Assembly (NCBI GenBank): GCA_023213395.1
Contig: CM041465.1
Span: forward strand, 189,355,741 to 189,419,740
Reading direction: 5' to 3'
Source: Cycas panzhihuaensis
Taxonomy: Eukaryota > Plantae > Cycadophyta
DNA: 64,000 bases
Translations under genes and position numbers: made by a program
Shown here: positions 28,082 to 41,939 of the stretch, one piece after another
Position numbering within the stretch: position 1 is the first letter of the stretch
How the letters are laid out: every line of letters starts with the position of its first letter
The notes under the pieces: generated by a model
Database searches by the model: none
What the model saw: only the letters and a program-made list of their open reading frames with translations
What the model was told of the DNA's origin: nothing

Positions 28082-28757
28082 ATATCAACACCATAATATC
28101 TCAATGAGAAGTATAGACTACTTATCGAGTATCTCCATTGCATCAATAAGGAGATGGAGGATTTATTGTATATAGTATAGCAAGTGCAACAGCAAGGCTA
28201 TGCATTGACAAGTGCTCTTTTAGAGATGCAAAATTTTTATCTTGCAGTTTACTTTACTCTGATATATATCATATTGTAATTTCTTCTTGACATTGCTATG
28301 ATATAAGTGATGTGTTCAAATATTTATTAAATATTATGGCTATTACATAACTCATCTCATTAAGTTATGTAAAACATTATTATATAGAGAGCTATCAACA
28401 AGTTAATAGATAAGGTTAATTATGCAACTTTGTGCATGAGTTGATAAGTTGACTAATAGTATGCAAGGCTACTACGCCATCCAATATAATATAAGGCTAC
28501 TTAGGCCACCAATACGATTACATGCAAAATACCCTCTTTTGTCTATATAAAGGTCATAAATTATAAATGATAGTTATCTTGATGTAACTTATTATAAATA
28601 TTATGTTGTGATACTCTCTATTTTGGTGATCATTTGGTGCTCTTGTATTCTTGTAAAGTTCTCTATTAATTTATTTGCCCTATTAGATAGAACGAAGCAG
28701 TTCAAATTATCATTTTCTACTATCTCAAGGAGTGCTTGTGAGAAGAAACATCCTAAG

Positions 28758-28768
28758 TGGTATCAGAG
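28758..28768 (+). promoter_or_regulatory. tRNA-iMet primer-binding site of H
   Basis: TGGTATCAGAG 2 nt after the LTR end. Confidence 0.9.
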
Positions 28769-29999
28769 TTGCATTATGATCGTGGGGAGCTGCCTAGGAA
28801 ATTAGAATTTTTTTTTTTCTTGATAGATCGAGTACTCTCTCTACCCTAGTAGAGATCAAGGAAAGACCTTTGCTTAGTGCTCTCTCCATGGAGATTGAGG
28901 AACAATATCAAGATAGTGTAAGAGTTGGGAGAAAGGGGTAATCTTTTTTTCCAGGTAACGCTAGTACTTTATCCTTTTATTTTTCATCTAGTTTTAATTT
29001 TATTTATGTATTTTAATTTTTGCATTAAATTATATCTCAAGAGTAGATAACTCCATTGGGCGGCTACCCTTTCTCCTTCCCACCTCCTTTCCCAGGTAGA
29101 TAACTCCACTGAGTGGCTACCTAAGTAGTTAGGTAGAGACCCTATACTAGGGGTCTTTAAATATCATAGGGATTTGTCATTCTAGCTAAGCGCATTGTGG
29201 TATTTATGCCCTTTGTGTGAAGGACTAGAGATAATACTCTTGAACTAAGCCCTAAACAAAACCTAGATATGGAAGTATGCCTCTAGATACCTTCGAGCAT
29301 ATAGGAGGCCCCTTTAGGTCTCAATTCCTTCTTAGCATAGGCAACTATTTACAACTGAAGTCTTCTAGTACTATGATTAATAGTTAGTACCATAAAGTTA
29401 CCAAACCCAAACTTCTACAGCTTATTGATAGGCCTATAAGACCAAGCATAAATTTTCTAGTGGTTGATAGGACACTCAGATATACATATTCCACTTCTAT
29501 GTTCATACTGCAAGTCACCTCATATTTTAAATAAGAATTTCCTCTTCTACCTAAACTTAGACCCTTTCATTGTAGTTAGACCTACTATAGGAAAGAAAAA
29601 AAAAGCAAGAAAAGAAAAAGACCAAAAAAAAAATTCCATACTTTATTAAGAAAATTTACCCTTACAACTATATACCTCATTTCAATTAGCACATCATACT
29701 GATCAATTTGCACTAGGTTGGTACATACCGGTAATTTTCACATTCTTCAGTACCTGGTCATCAGTGGGTCCCACCACCCCCAAACCTTTGCACACCTCAT
29801 TTATCCCATCTGAATGAGCTTTTCACACTTGTTTGAGAGAACTTGATCTCTTGCTTATATAAATTTTTGGGGTCAGCAGGCTATGGACACCCCACGATCC
29901 CCTATTTACCCCCTTCTCTTCCTCTTAACAACTCCCTAATTCTTATGTCCCATTCTTTCTTAATCTTTCCCACTTCGTTTAGCCCCCATCTTGTTACCT

Positions 30000-32900
30000 A
30001 TTCTTACCTCTGTACGCCCTTTCTCTATGGCTCCTCAAAGTAATAGTAATAAAATATCAGCACTCGAGACCCAAGTCACTAACATTTAGGAAAAAATCAA
30101 GGAAGATTTCAACCACATGTACGAGGAGGTTAAAAATGAAGTATCTACCATACAGAAAAAATTTAACATACAACTGTTAAAGCTAACATCCCATGATGAT
30201 GTCTAACAGGTACTTTAGAGGTTGAATAACTTCTCTCCTCCACCACTAGTCAACCCTAGACATCAGTAAACCATGCCTCTGACTCCACGTTAGCAGTAAC
30301 CATTTCATTATAAAATCAACATACCCACATTTAATCTAAATCTCAATAAGGATAGTGTATGAAACTGGATTAGTAAACTAGAGTCCTACTTTACACTCAA
30401 CTCTATCTCATTAAATAAACAACTTACATTTGCTTCCATCCACTTAGATGAGAAGGCACACCATTAGCTCTGATGGTGGAAGCACGAGTACCCTTCTAGC
30501 TAGCCTTAGGCACACTTCTCTACCTATTTTTTTGAGTAGTATGAAGATACTTAGAACTAATCCTTTCTCACACAACTGATATGGTTGAAGAAAGTATCCT
30601 CTGTTGAAGTATACACTGATGAGTTCCAATCTTTATGTAATTGGGTTGATTAGTAACTTGATAAATAGATAGAGATAGATGCGTATGCATCTACGCTTAA
30701 AGAATATATCTAAATGTGCCTAAAGATAGTCTCCCTCTCTACTATAAAAGATGCAATTAATATGGCTAAAGTGGTCAAAGCAAAGTTTGCTATAGAAAGG
30801 CCTCCTTCATTTAGATGAACCTCCACATGGCTTTTACGATGCCGACAAGCTAATACTGCATGGCCCTAAAGACCATGTCCAACTGACTACTAATGGTCTC
30901 TTGATCAACACACTGAGGAACCATCTTCAAAGTCAATATACATCACTTCAATAGAGGCACAACATCATTGGAAAGCTAATATATGTATGCAATGTTCTAA
31001 AAAATGGACCTCTAGTCACAGTAGAATCTACAAAGCCAAGAAGATGGTCTTCACAATTGACCTCGACTTATATTTGGAAGATGACCTTGAGATTGAGCAA
31101 AAATATAATGATGAATCCTAAGACCACCCTATTGATGAGTTGCCTCCAAACCTTGAACTTGAAGTTTCCTTATCAGTTGTTACCTCCACTACATATCCTG
31201 AACCATTACGAGTCAAAGGAATACTTTAAAAAATCCCAACTACCATTTTGATCGATGGTGGTGCATCACTAAATTTCATTAATATCTCTATTACTTGATA
31301 GTTGAACATTTATATAGAACCTAAAATAGGCTTTACTTGCTCCTTATCTAGTCCTCACACCCTTTATTATGTAGGAATAATAAAAAGCCTCATGGTCCAT
31401 GTTGGTTCATATATACTTGTCTCTAATTTTTATGTCCTACCCATAGGTGGGTCAAATATAATTCTTGGAATATAATGGCTTCAGACTCTAGGAACTTATA
31501 GCAATGATAACTCATCCATGACCCTATTCATTGTGTTCAAAGATCACATAGGCCACTCATATAAACTTTATGGGATGAAACCCCCCCTAAACAAAGAAAT
31601 ATCACCCACCCGAATGCACTAACAACTCAATGGTAACATAGGATACATCATTTGTCTCAACCATATCCAGGCCCCTTCAAGTATTCACCCTAATATCTAG
31701 CAAGTATTAGATCGATACCAATCTATGTTTTCTCTGTTACTTACTAGCCCCTTGGCTGATTGAGGTTGTTATCATACTATTGTGTTACAAAATTCACACA
31801 ACCGATTAACCTTTAACCATATAGGAAGTCCTATTTCCAAAAAAATAAAATAAAAAAAATGACAAGGGAATTGATGGACATGGGTATCATCAAATAGAGT
31901 AAAAGCCTGTATATGGCACCTATCATTTTAGTTTGAAAAAAGGATGGCTCTTTTTAACTTTGCGTTGACTATCATATGCTCAATAAAATCACCATAAAAA
32001 AAGGTTCCCCATGCCATGAATCAATGACATGTTAGATGAGATCTATGGCGCTACAATTTTTACCAAACTTGATTTACAGTTAGGATATTACCAAATCCCG
32101 ATCTTACCAGAGGATCAACATAAAATGGCTTTCCAAACCCGCGATGGCCACTTTGAGTTCCAAGTCATACCCTTTGGCCTATGTAATGCTCCAACCACCT
32201 TTTAAGCCCTCGTGAACAAGATCCCTTTCCCATACCTAGGAAACTTTGTCATCATCTTCTTTGATGATATTCTTATCCATAGCTCAAACATACCTATTTA
32301 TATCCTACATCTAGAAACAATCATTTAAATCCTAGCTGAGAATAAACTGTATACTAAACTCTCCAAATGTGAGTTTGAGAAATCTAAACTATAATACCTT
32401 GGTCATATTATATCACTTACAGGGGTTCAGGTAGATCCCAATAAAATCTCTATCATCACTAATTAGCTAATCCCAAAAACCCTAACACAATTGTAGGCTT
32501 TCCCAAAACCTACCAAATTCTATCATCGATTCACTCAAAATTATGCCACACTAACCACCCGCTTAACCCACCTACTTTGGAAGGATTCCTTCCAAGGGTT
32601 CCCCTCAATCAATGAGGCCTTCCTCCATCTGAAGGAGGTCATGAAAACCAAGCTAGTTTTGGCCTCTCCTGGCTTTACTTGACCTTTCCAATTAGAATGT
32701 GATGCCTCATGGTTTGGATTAGGTGTAGTCTTAATGTAGGACCTCAATCCCATCACCTTTGAAAGTCAAAAACTCAAAGATCATGAGTGTATACTATCTA
32801 CCTATCAAAAAGAAATATGGGTCATCCTCCTTGTTATTGATAAATGGTGATAGTATCTACTTGGTTCTAAATTTACTATCCTTATTTATCATCATAGCCT

Positions 32901-34495
32901 TCAATGCTTACTAGATCAACCAGTCCTCTCGAAAGAGTAGGCTAAATGGGTCGAATGCCTCCAAGTTTTTTATTTTAATATCACATATAAAAAGGATAAA
33001 GATAACATTGTGGAAGATGCCCTCTTAAGGATACCTTCCCCTACACTTGATGATAATATAGGTTACATTGAGGACCTGACCATTTATGCCATTTCTTCCC
33101 CATAACTGACATGGATATAAGACTTAGCCATGGCTAACCAAACCCAACCTGATTTTATACACTAGGATGATATGGTCCACACTCATAAGGATTAGTCCAT
33201 CCATAATAATCTTCTCTTATACCAAAATCGCATATTCGTACATCCCCACTCAGCTTTTATTCTGTAAATTTTATTAGAATATCATTCTTCTCCTCTTGGT
33301 GGTCATCCTAGTTTTAATAAAACTTATCATAGGATATGTTCTGATTTCATTTGGCTAGAAATGAAATACATCATCCTTACCTTTGTCTTGGAATGCAACA
33401 CATGCCAACATAACAAAGTTGATATAAAGCCCTAATGAGTCCTCCTTTAATCATTGCATATCCCATAAGGTAAATGGCAAGATATTGCCATGGGCTTTAT
33501 AACAGGCTTACCCCTATCTACTAGATCTTACTCCATTTTAGTAGTCATAGATAAGTTGATAAAATATGCCCACTTCTTACTTGTCCACATAACCTATAAG
33601 GCTCCACATATCACTAATATTTACATCCAAATAATATTTCATTTATGTGGTTTTCCATCCACTATTGTATGTGACCACAACCCTAAATTCACTAGCTCCT
33701 TCTGATAGGAGCTATTCCACACATCAAGAATATCATTTAACATAAGTTTAACATATTATCCATAGACTAATGGCTAATTTGAGGTCCTTAACAAAACTTT
33801 GGAGACCTACTTACGTTGCTTTATATCTGACCACCAGTCTAAATGGACATCATAGCTAACCCTAATTGAATATTGGTATAACTCCTCACATCATTTAACC
33901 ATTATAATGTCCTCATTTTTTGCTCTCTATGGCTATCCCCTATCATCCCACCACATTGTGGCTACCAACCTCTACACGGTAGAAATATAATAAAAATGGT
34001 ATCATATGGACCAAATTCTCCATACCCTTAAACAAAACCTATCCATGGCCCAGAATCAAATGAAACAATTAGTAGACTGCCATCACTCTAATCGCTCCTT
34101 CAATATTGGTAATCTTGTATTCCTTTATCTCCAACCTTATAAGCAACAACCCCTTCACCATCATAAATTCCTTGAATGTATTGGTGAAGTTACATATGCT
34201 CTCAACCTTCCCCCCACCACCAACATCCATAATATTTTTCACATATCCTATCTTCGAAAGTGTCTAAGTAAAACCCATATTTCCTAAACAACCCATCCAA
34301 TTCTAGATGAAGAGAAAACCTTATCAGTACCTTTAGAAAGTGTACTGGCTATTAGATAATGCTGTCTCTAGAATCATTCCATTGTAGAATATTTGATATA
34401 GTGGACATGCTACAACTCTAATGAAGCAACTTGGGAATTTGATGATTTTATCAAAAAGCACTCACATCTCACATGCCTTAAGGACTCATCATCTC
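30000..34495 (+). pseudogene. Gypsy gag-pol of H, disrupted
   Basis: Protease ILIDGGASLNFI at about 31245. RT FFDDILI at about 32257. RNase H LECDAS at about 32692. Integrase at about 33270-33950. Chromodomain EYLI*WTCYNSNEATWE at about 34387-34437. Start position approximate. Confidence 0.9.
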
Positions 34496-37400
34496 AGGGG
34501 AGGGGACCTATTATATAACTCATCTCGCTAACTTATATAAAACACTATTATACAGAGAGCTATCAGTAGGTTAAGAGATAAGGTTAATTATAGAACTTCA
34601 TGCATGAGTCGATAAGTTGGCCAATGGTATTCAAGGCTGCTATGCCATCCAATAGAATGTAAGGCTACCTAAGCTGCCAATAGGATTACATGTAAAAGAC
34701 CCCCTTTGTTTATATAAAGGTTATAAATTATAAATAATGGTTATCTTGATATAACTTTTTATAAAGATTAGGATGTGATACTCTCTATTTTGGTGATCAT
34801 TTGCTGCTCTTGTGTTCTTGTGAAGTTATTTATTAATTTATTTGCCCTATTAGATAGAACGAAGTAGTTGTAATTGCCATTTTCTGCTATCTCAAGAAGC
34901 ATTGGGATGTCTCTTCTCATAAGTTATTTATTAATTTGTTTGCCCTATTGGATAGAATGAAGTAGTTGTAATTGTCATTTTCTACTATCTCAAGGAGCAC
35001 TTATGAGAAGAGACATCCCAATGGCAAGGAGTTGGTAATTAGTGTGAGTTTCAAATTATTTTCCCTTTCATGGCTATTTTAGCACTTGATTATTTTGTAG
35101 CATATACTACCTTTTATTTATGATACATTATAGAATAATCATTTACTTACAAAATTTAATACCAGCACACCATCATACATTTAGGTTGATGTGTCTATGT
35201 AAATAACCTTTACCTTAATTACAAAAAAACTCACGTGGTAAATTATCACTCAAATAATAACTAGTAGGGAGGCATTCTCTTCTTTGATAGAAAGACCTTC
35301 CATTTAGATTATTTGCATAAATTCCAATTTAAGGATGGCAATAATAGAGTATATTAAGGCAACAAAAGGACTCCAACTATAATGCATTTTTTAAATGGGA
35401 ATTCTTCTCTCTAGTAAGTATAAATAGAAGTTAAAATACTTCATAATCAATCCTACCAATGATCAACTAAGTAGTAAATTTAAGGCAAAAGATGGTCTCC
35501 CTTAATGTTTAGTTTAACAGATTGTGTATCTTTAAGGTAAGAGAGATGACTAGAGGATATAACAGGTAATAATTCGAGTTGTTGGAGGGCATGTAGGAAA
35601 GGGATAGAACCTTACTGTAATATTAAGTGAAGGGAAGTGGCAATTCAAGCCAGCTTCCATCTAGGTTTGAGTCACATAAAACCAATAATAAAATGTAAGG
35701 AGGTCCAATTAGTTACTCCACTAGCAACAAAAACATTTAATTAATCAACTTTCATACATGTAATTATATTAATATTGCCTATATATATAAGTATTTATAG
35801 TTATGAGAGAGGCACATGGGAATATAAAGGGTTGATCATGCAAGGTGACATTTAGCACCTTGTATGATCAACTTATAAGAGCATTACAATAAGGTGTAAT
35901 CAAATATGACCCCTTGTAATTAGGCTCATAACCTCAAGTTGCAACTTATCACAAGCATGACATTGATATTCTTACAATGTACTAACTTACTAACATCACT
36001 CCAATATTATAAATGCACATTACATTTACAAAAGTACTAAGTTGAATTAATGAAATAAAAAATAATTCTTCTATTAGACTATGCCATGTGAAGGATGTTG
36101 CCAAAAATTATATGTACAAATAGTAGATTATTTACCATCACATGCATGTTTATTATACCCATAGGAGGAGTTGATATGGTTCTTGGAATTTAATGGCTAC
36201 AAAATCTATATGGAATACTGTTACCAAGTATTGGACCTATTTCATGATTTTTTTACAAAATGGATGCAAATGCAAATTATAGGCTCTATCAACACCACTA
36301 AGCTAGTTGGTGACATTGCATCATATGGAGAAATTATTCAGGGAAAATCTTTCTCTATATATGATAACATACTACAAGATCATAATAGAGGATGTCTTGA
36401 TAGAAGTAGAAACCCTCATTGACTAATACAACAAAGCCTTTATGGAAACACCCCAAGGGTTATCCCTAAGTTATGGCTGTGAACATTACATCAAGTTAAC
36501 ATTGGGAGTAGGACCTATAAATATCTAACTATATTGGCATCTATATAATATCAAGAAAGAGATTAAAAGGACTGTGCAAAAGGTCTTACAACAATGGTAT
36601 ATTACTCCTAACTCAAGCCCCTTCACATTACCAGTTATATTAAGCTAGAAAAAAGATAGATCATATCATATATGTATGGACTATCGAGAACTCAATGAGG
36701 TCACCATAAAGAACAATTACCCAATTCCTAAGATAGATGATCTATTAGACAAAATATAGAGAGCTATGCATTTTTCAAATATTGATCTATATTTAAGATA
36801 TTATCAAATCTATATTAAGACATAAGATATATACAAAATAACCTTATACACCTATGAAGGGTTATTTAAAATGTCATACCATTTGGTTTAACCAATGATC
36901 TGACCATGTTCCAAAGCATAATAGACAAGGTACTTAAATCCTTCTTAGGTAAATTTTTATTAATCTTCTTTTATGACATTTTGATTTATAGTTTAATATG
37001 GGAAGATCATTGAGAGCACATCAAAGATGTGTTATATATGCTATAAGACAGCTAATTTCTTGCAAACAAAAGTAAATATATTTTTTACTAAATAGAGCTA
37101 GAGTGTCTTGGATATTTTATCACACAATAAAGTGTCAAAATGGACCTAGAAAATGGTCCAAGCTATCACAAAACAACCACCACCAAAAGATGTAGCTAGT
37201 ATAAGAAACATTTTAGGGGCCATTAGGTTCCTACAATGACTTTTTAAAGTATATGCCCATATAGCACCATCATTGATTAATCTAACAAAGAAGGATGTGA
37301 TTGCTTGGAGCCAACTAGCTAATGAGGTATTTCGAGGATTGAAGATTGCATTAGTTAGAATATAGATACTCACAACTTGAGATTTTAGTTACCCATTCAT

Positions 37401-40400
37401 CACAGAATATGATACATGAAGAGTAGGAATAGGGGTCGTACTCCTCTAAGACAATCAACCATTAGCATATAAAAGCTACAAATTGAATGCTAAAGAGAGG
37501 TTAAAGTTGATTTATGATAAGGAAATACTAGCAATTATGCATTCCATTCACCAAAGGTGTTAGTACTTACTTAAAAGAAAATTCATGGTCAAAATGGATC
37601 ACAATAGCCTCAAATATTTACTAAACTAAAAAATATCATTATATGAGTAATAGAAATGGGTAAGTAAGCTTTAAACATTTGATTTCAACATTATTTAAAA
37701 AAAGAGAAAAGGAAATATCATTGTAGATATTGTACCTCAGATTCCTAAGGAGAGTGCTAAATAAGAGGATATATCCATATAAGTCATTTATGTGGTTACT
37801 CCAAATAGGATTGGAGAGTTGATTTATGAATAGTAGAATGATCCAAGTTCCTAAAAAGCATTGTAGAAGATCCATACCAAAGAGATATAAAAATATAAAC
37901 TCTAGGAAATTTTATTATACATAAAGGAAAAATATTTGTACCAATGACATCCTCATTTAATATTAAGATCCTCAATGAATCCTACTCTATTCCAATAAGA
38001 GGACACATAAGAATTGGCAAAACATATCGTTAAATATAAAGTACCTTTTTTGGAAAGGAATGAAAGTGACTATACATAAGTTTATCTTAGATTATGATAT
38101 TTGTTAAAGAAAGAAAAGCTAAAGTGTAAATAACCTCAGTTTACTCTAACCACTATATATACCAGAGTAGAAATGGGATGAAATCTTAATGGAATTCATA
38201 ATTGGGCTAACCAAATTAGAAGGTAAGGATGGAGTCTTCATTGTAGTTAATCATTTAATAAAATATACCTATTTCAGATGAATCTAGGCAACAATTAAAG
38301 CATGTCAAATTACTACAATTTTATTAAAGAGATTCATCACCTTTATGGATTCCTAAAAGTGATAGTCAATGGTCGTGATCCTAAATTCATAATCCACTTC
38401 TAGAATTATCAATGAGTATAACCTACCATCCCCACATGGATAGTTAAATGAAAGTAATAACTAAAAGTTTGGAGTGATACCTATGAAAGTATGTGTTTAA
38501 TAAATAACCACAATGGTACAAGTGGTTTCACTTAACTGATGCAGTGGTACACCACTACATACCATACCTTTACTAAATGATGCCATTCCAAGCATTATAT
38601 AACTTCGAACTACCATCCATCCTTATGTGGGACCTATTAGGTCCAATCAATTCAAGAATAACAAGAAAAAATGGAGGGATTATTGAAAATACTTAAAGAT
38701 AACCTAAATCTTGCCATGTATTAGAGGAAGTAACAAGTAGACCTATACATAACTAAGAGGTCCTTTATGATAGGAAATTGGGACTTCTTAAGACTCCAAT
38801 GTTATAAATAGGCCAAAATAAAATAATTTGGTAAATACAAATTATAATCTTGATTCTTTGTCCTATATTAGATTATAGACAAGGTGGGAGGAGTAACATA
38901 CTAACTCAACCTACCTCCAAATAATTACATCTGTAATGTCTTTCATGTCTTATGTCTTAAATAAAAGCTAGGATAGAGTATCACTCTATAAATAGATTTA
39001 CTAGTAGTTGATGAAGAAGGTACAAACTAAGAAGCTACTCTCTAAAGACATTCATGAGTATCTAATAAAATAGAAGACCCTAGATCATGAAGACATAACT
39101 TGGGAAACTAAGGAATAACATCACTAATATCCAAACCTACCCATGCTTTGAGGGTAAAACATGCTTTTAGGGGAAGGGACTTATAGAATTTTCATTACTA
39201 GAAACTAACCCTAAGAGAAATTAGGCTTACTTCTAGCATTTATCAAAGAAGTCTAGCTGACTTCCAGTGTTTATCCTAGATGATCTCATTATTCAATCCA
39301 TTCTAGTTGACTTCTATATTTTATTCTAGTTAACTTTAATAATATATTCTAGTTGACTTCTTAAGTTATATCTTGGTTGCTTGTTTATAGGGCTTTATTA
39401 CCTAGTTTATTGGCATCATTTTTGAAATTTTAAACTTGTTATAATCTCAGCCTTAAGAGTAACATTAGAAGGTTACCTTACCTTGAAAAGGGATCTAACA
39501 ATTAAATTTTTGGATCTATATCAAATGGTAACTCTTGTTAACATATTATTGGTATTATTTTACTTGAAATATTTAGTTTATTTAGTCCATACAAGTTGTG
39601 GATACTATATTATTTATGCCAGTGTTTGTTTAACTGATTAAAATCCTAGAAGATATATTTTGTGTTTGAAGATTCTTTGTGTTTGAGGTGTGGATTTCCA
39701 TGGGAATTTCCATAATTTATTATAGAATGTGATACTTATTAGAGACAAAAATTAAAATATATAAAAAACCCATAACTACTATAGTCTTTATGGATTTTAT
39801 AGTAAAATTATGAAGAAATATCAATGGATTTTATTACTAGAGCACCTATGTTTGAAAGAAAATATATGATATTTATAGTTATAAACTACCTCACCAAATA
39901 TTCTTAGTTTATTCTAATAAAATGTATGTATATTACACCAAATAGTATTGACCTATTCATGAAGAACTTTAATAAATTATATGGGATTCCCAAGAAAATC
40001 ATATCTGTTAAGGATCAAAAATTTACTAATAATTGTTAGAAGGAAATTTTTATATTAGTAGGAATGGAATTAGTAATAAGCACATTCTGTTATTTATAGA
40101 CAAATATATAGATAAAGGTCATTGACAAATGATTGAAAAAATATCTAAAATGCTACATCATAGAGGACTAGACCATATGGATAAAATAGATTCATATAAC
40201 AAAATATTGGGATAAGACCAACCACCATTCTATAATACAAGTGTCACCATTTATAGCCTTATATGACCATCCATCTTCATGAGTAATAGACTACTTATAA
40301 ATAGTAATAAGGGTATTGGCAATGTAAGAGCCAGTTCAACAAGTAGAATAGATCCTCAAGGAACTTGAAAATAATTATATATAACAAGAAATTAGATCAA

Positions 40401-41939
40401 GTATTAAGAATATTAGTGGTAAACCAAAAGAGAATATGAAATTAAAGACTGGGCATATTTAAGGTTATAACTTTATAAATAGGATTTACTATGATAATAA
40501 GATAAATTTAAACTAGCACCAAGATTTTACGGATCATACTAAATAAGGAGGAAGTGTGGGATGTTGCATAGCTCTCAACTTACCCCAATAAAGTAGGATT
40601 CACGATGCATTTAATATATCAAGTTGGAAGAAAAATATAGGTTCTTATGTTAAAACCACTACATAACTATCTATTATAAGTGAAGAATAGAAGGTAATTA
40701 GTGAACTAAATATACGTGAGGCATGAAAAAAGGTACTCAAGTCCAAGATAGTGACTAAATATCTTATCGAATAAAAGGGATCACTAAAAGAGGATGCCAT
40801 ATAGGAGTATAAAATATTCACTAGTCAACATCTTGAATATTGTGAACAAAGCTCTATCTCAATAGAGGAGGGCTTATAACATGACATAACTAACTTACAA
40901 AGTGGATAAGAAATGCATGTAGATATAATAAGCCCAAGAGGACATCCTTTTAGATTTTGATTCATTGTTTTACTTAAGGCTAGATCCCTCAAGAGTGGTT
41001 GGACTTATTTTTTTCCTTTTCTTCTTATATCTCCATTAATTTTTTTATTTATAGATTCATCTCTTACTTATCATTTTTTTAATTTAAAATTTGGGTTTAA
41101 TTATATTTGTTTCTTTTAGCTAATCTATATAACATCTCTCTAAGACCATTATATCATAAACTAAAATGCTTAATGAAACACACTTTAAATCCTTAACTAG
41201 GAAGTATAGAGGGAAAGATCAACACCCAATGGTGAGAGAAAGGGGTTTAAAAGCTTAAGAGGTGTAAGGATTACAGACTATACATGGCAACTTTTAACTA
41301 TCATTTTATTAATAGTCTTTTACTTAATAGCTAGAGAATAATTTTGAACTATAAAAACATCAAAAAAATGTAAGTAGATTCATTGAATTATATGAATATT
41401 AGGAATAAGCTTTTTTCTAAATTTAATAGGTTCAAATCTCTAGATCTTGATTAGAAGGTAGGTTACAAAAGTTTTTAGAGGTTAACCTATGATGGAATAA
41501 AATGCAACTCACATGTAGTTAAAATAGGCACAAATTATTATGACCTAATTACCTACAAGGGTGTGTGGGTAGGTAGATGCCTCACTTGCAATATACTTAA
41601 CTAGTCTTGGAGGCTTTATATCTGAGCCTAAGAGTTAAGCCTTATACCCAAATGGATTAGAAACTAATGAATATAATAAATAAATTAGTTGATTATTATT
41701 GTATGGAAATATTTTTTTAGAAATCCATAAGCCCTAATTTGAATCGCACATTGAATATTATGGGTCTTGGGTTGATTTAGGGTAATTTATATTCCTATGA
41801 TTATTAGTGATTCTATAAATAGAATATTAGAGTTTTTCTTGGTATATGTTATCCTAATGATTGATATTAGCACATCTATTGTAATATTGGGGAGTGTTTT
41901 TCTAATATGCTTATATGATCTATGGTGTTACAATAGGAT

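Larger units (their letters stand above)
28341..35020 (+). mobile_element. Element H: full-length decayed Gypsy chromovirus (short LTR, possibly Reina-like) nested in the leader of G
   Basis: LTRs 28341-28755 and 34509-35020. Perfect TSD ATGGC (28336-28340, 35021-35025). Intact PBS TGGTATCAGAG at 28758. PPT AGGGGAGGGG at about 34496-34505. Confidence 0.95.
21883..36076 (-). mobile_element. Element G: full-length decayed Ty1/Copia nested in the protease of E, interrupted by H
   Basis: LTRs 21883-22356 and 35628-36076. Perfect TSD GACTA (21878-21882, 36077-36081). PPT complement CCCTCTCTT at 22357. Removing G restores E's protease frame (NGKTMPCEG). Confidence 0.95.
20030..39714 (+). mobile_element. 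Element E: full-length decayed Gypsy chromovirus, interrupted by G
   Basis: LTRs about 20030-20472 and 39182-39714. Degenerate PBS AGTGGTATTGGATCC at 20473. gag at about 20520-21700. Protease ILIDNES at about 21770, continuing after G at 36077. RT LIFFYDILIYS at about 36960. RH, IN, then chromodomain EYLIK*KTLDHEDITWE at about 39056-39106. PPT AGGGGAAGGG. The left junction has a small deletion, so no TSD. Confidence 0.9.
19745..41932 (+). mobile_element. Element F: 3' part of a Gypsy chromovirus (19745-20029 plus 39715-41932), interrupted by E
   Basis: Integrase zinc-finger split across the E insertion: ...ILQQYH...DHYRFFKMERRVKYFFYEEGM (to about 20030) resumes FIIECDTY*RQK at 39716. Chromodomain KYLIE*KGSLKEDAI*E at about 40755-40808. 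PPT AGAGGAGGG. LTR 40875 (TATAACA) to about 41932 (GGTGTTACA). Confidence 0.75.

Noticed and set aside
29041-29122. Short direct repeats (GTAGATAACTCCA...GGCTACC twice; also 44222-44307) as a CRISPR-like or regulatory array
   Set aside because: Only two degenerate copies each, inside retrotransposon UTRs. These are ordinary local duplications.
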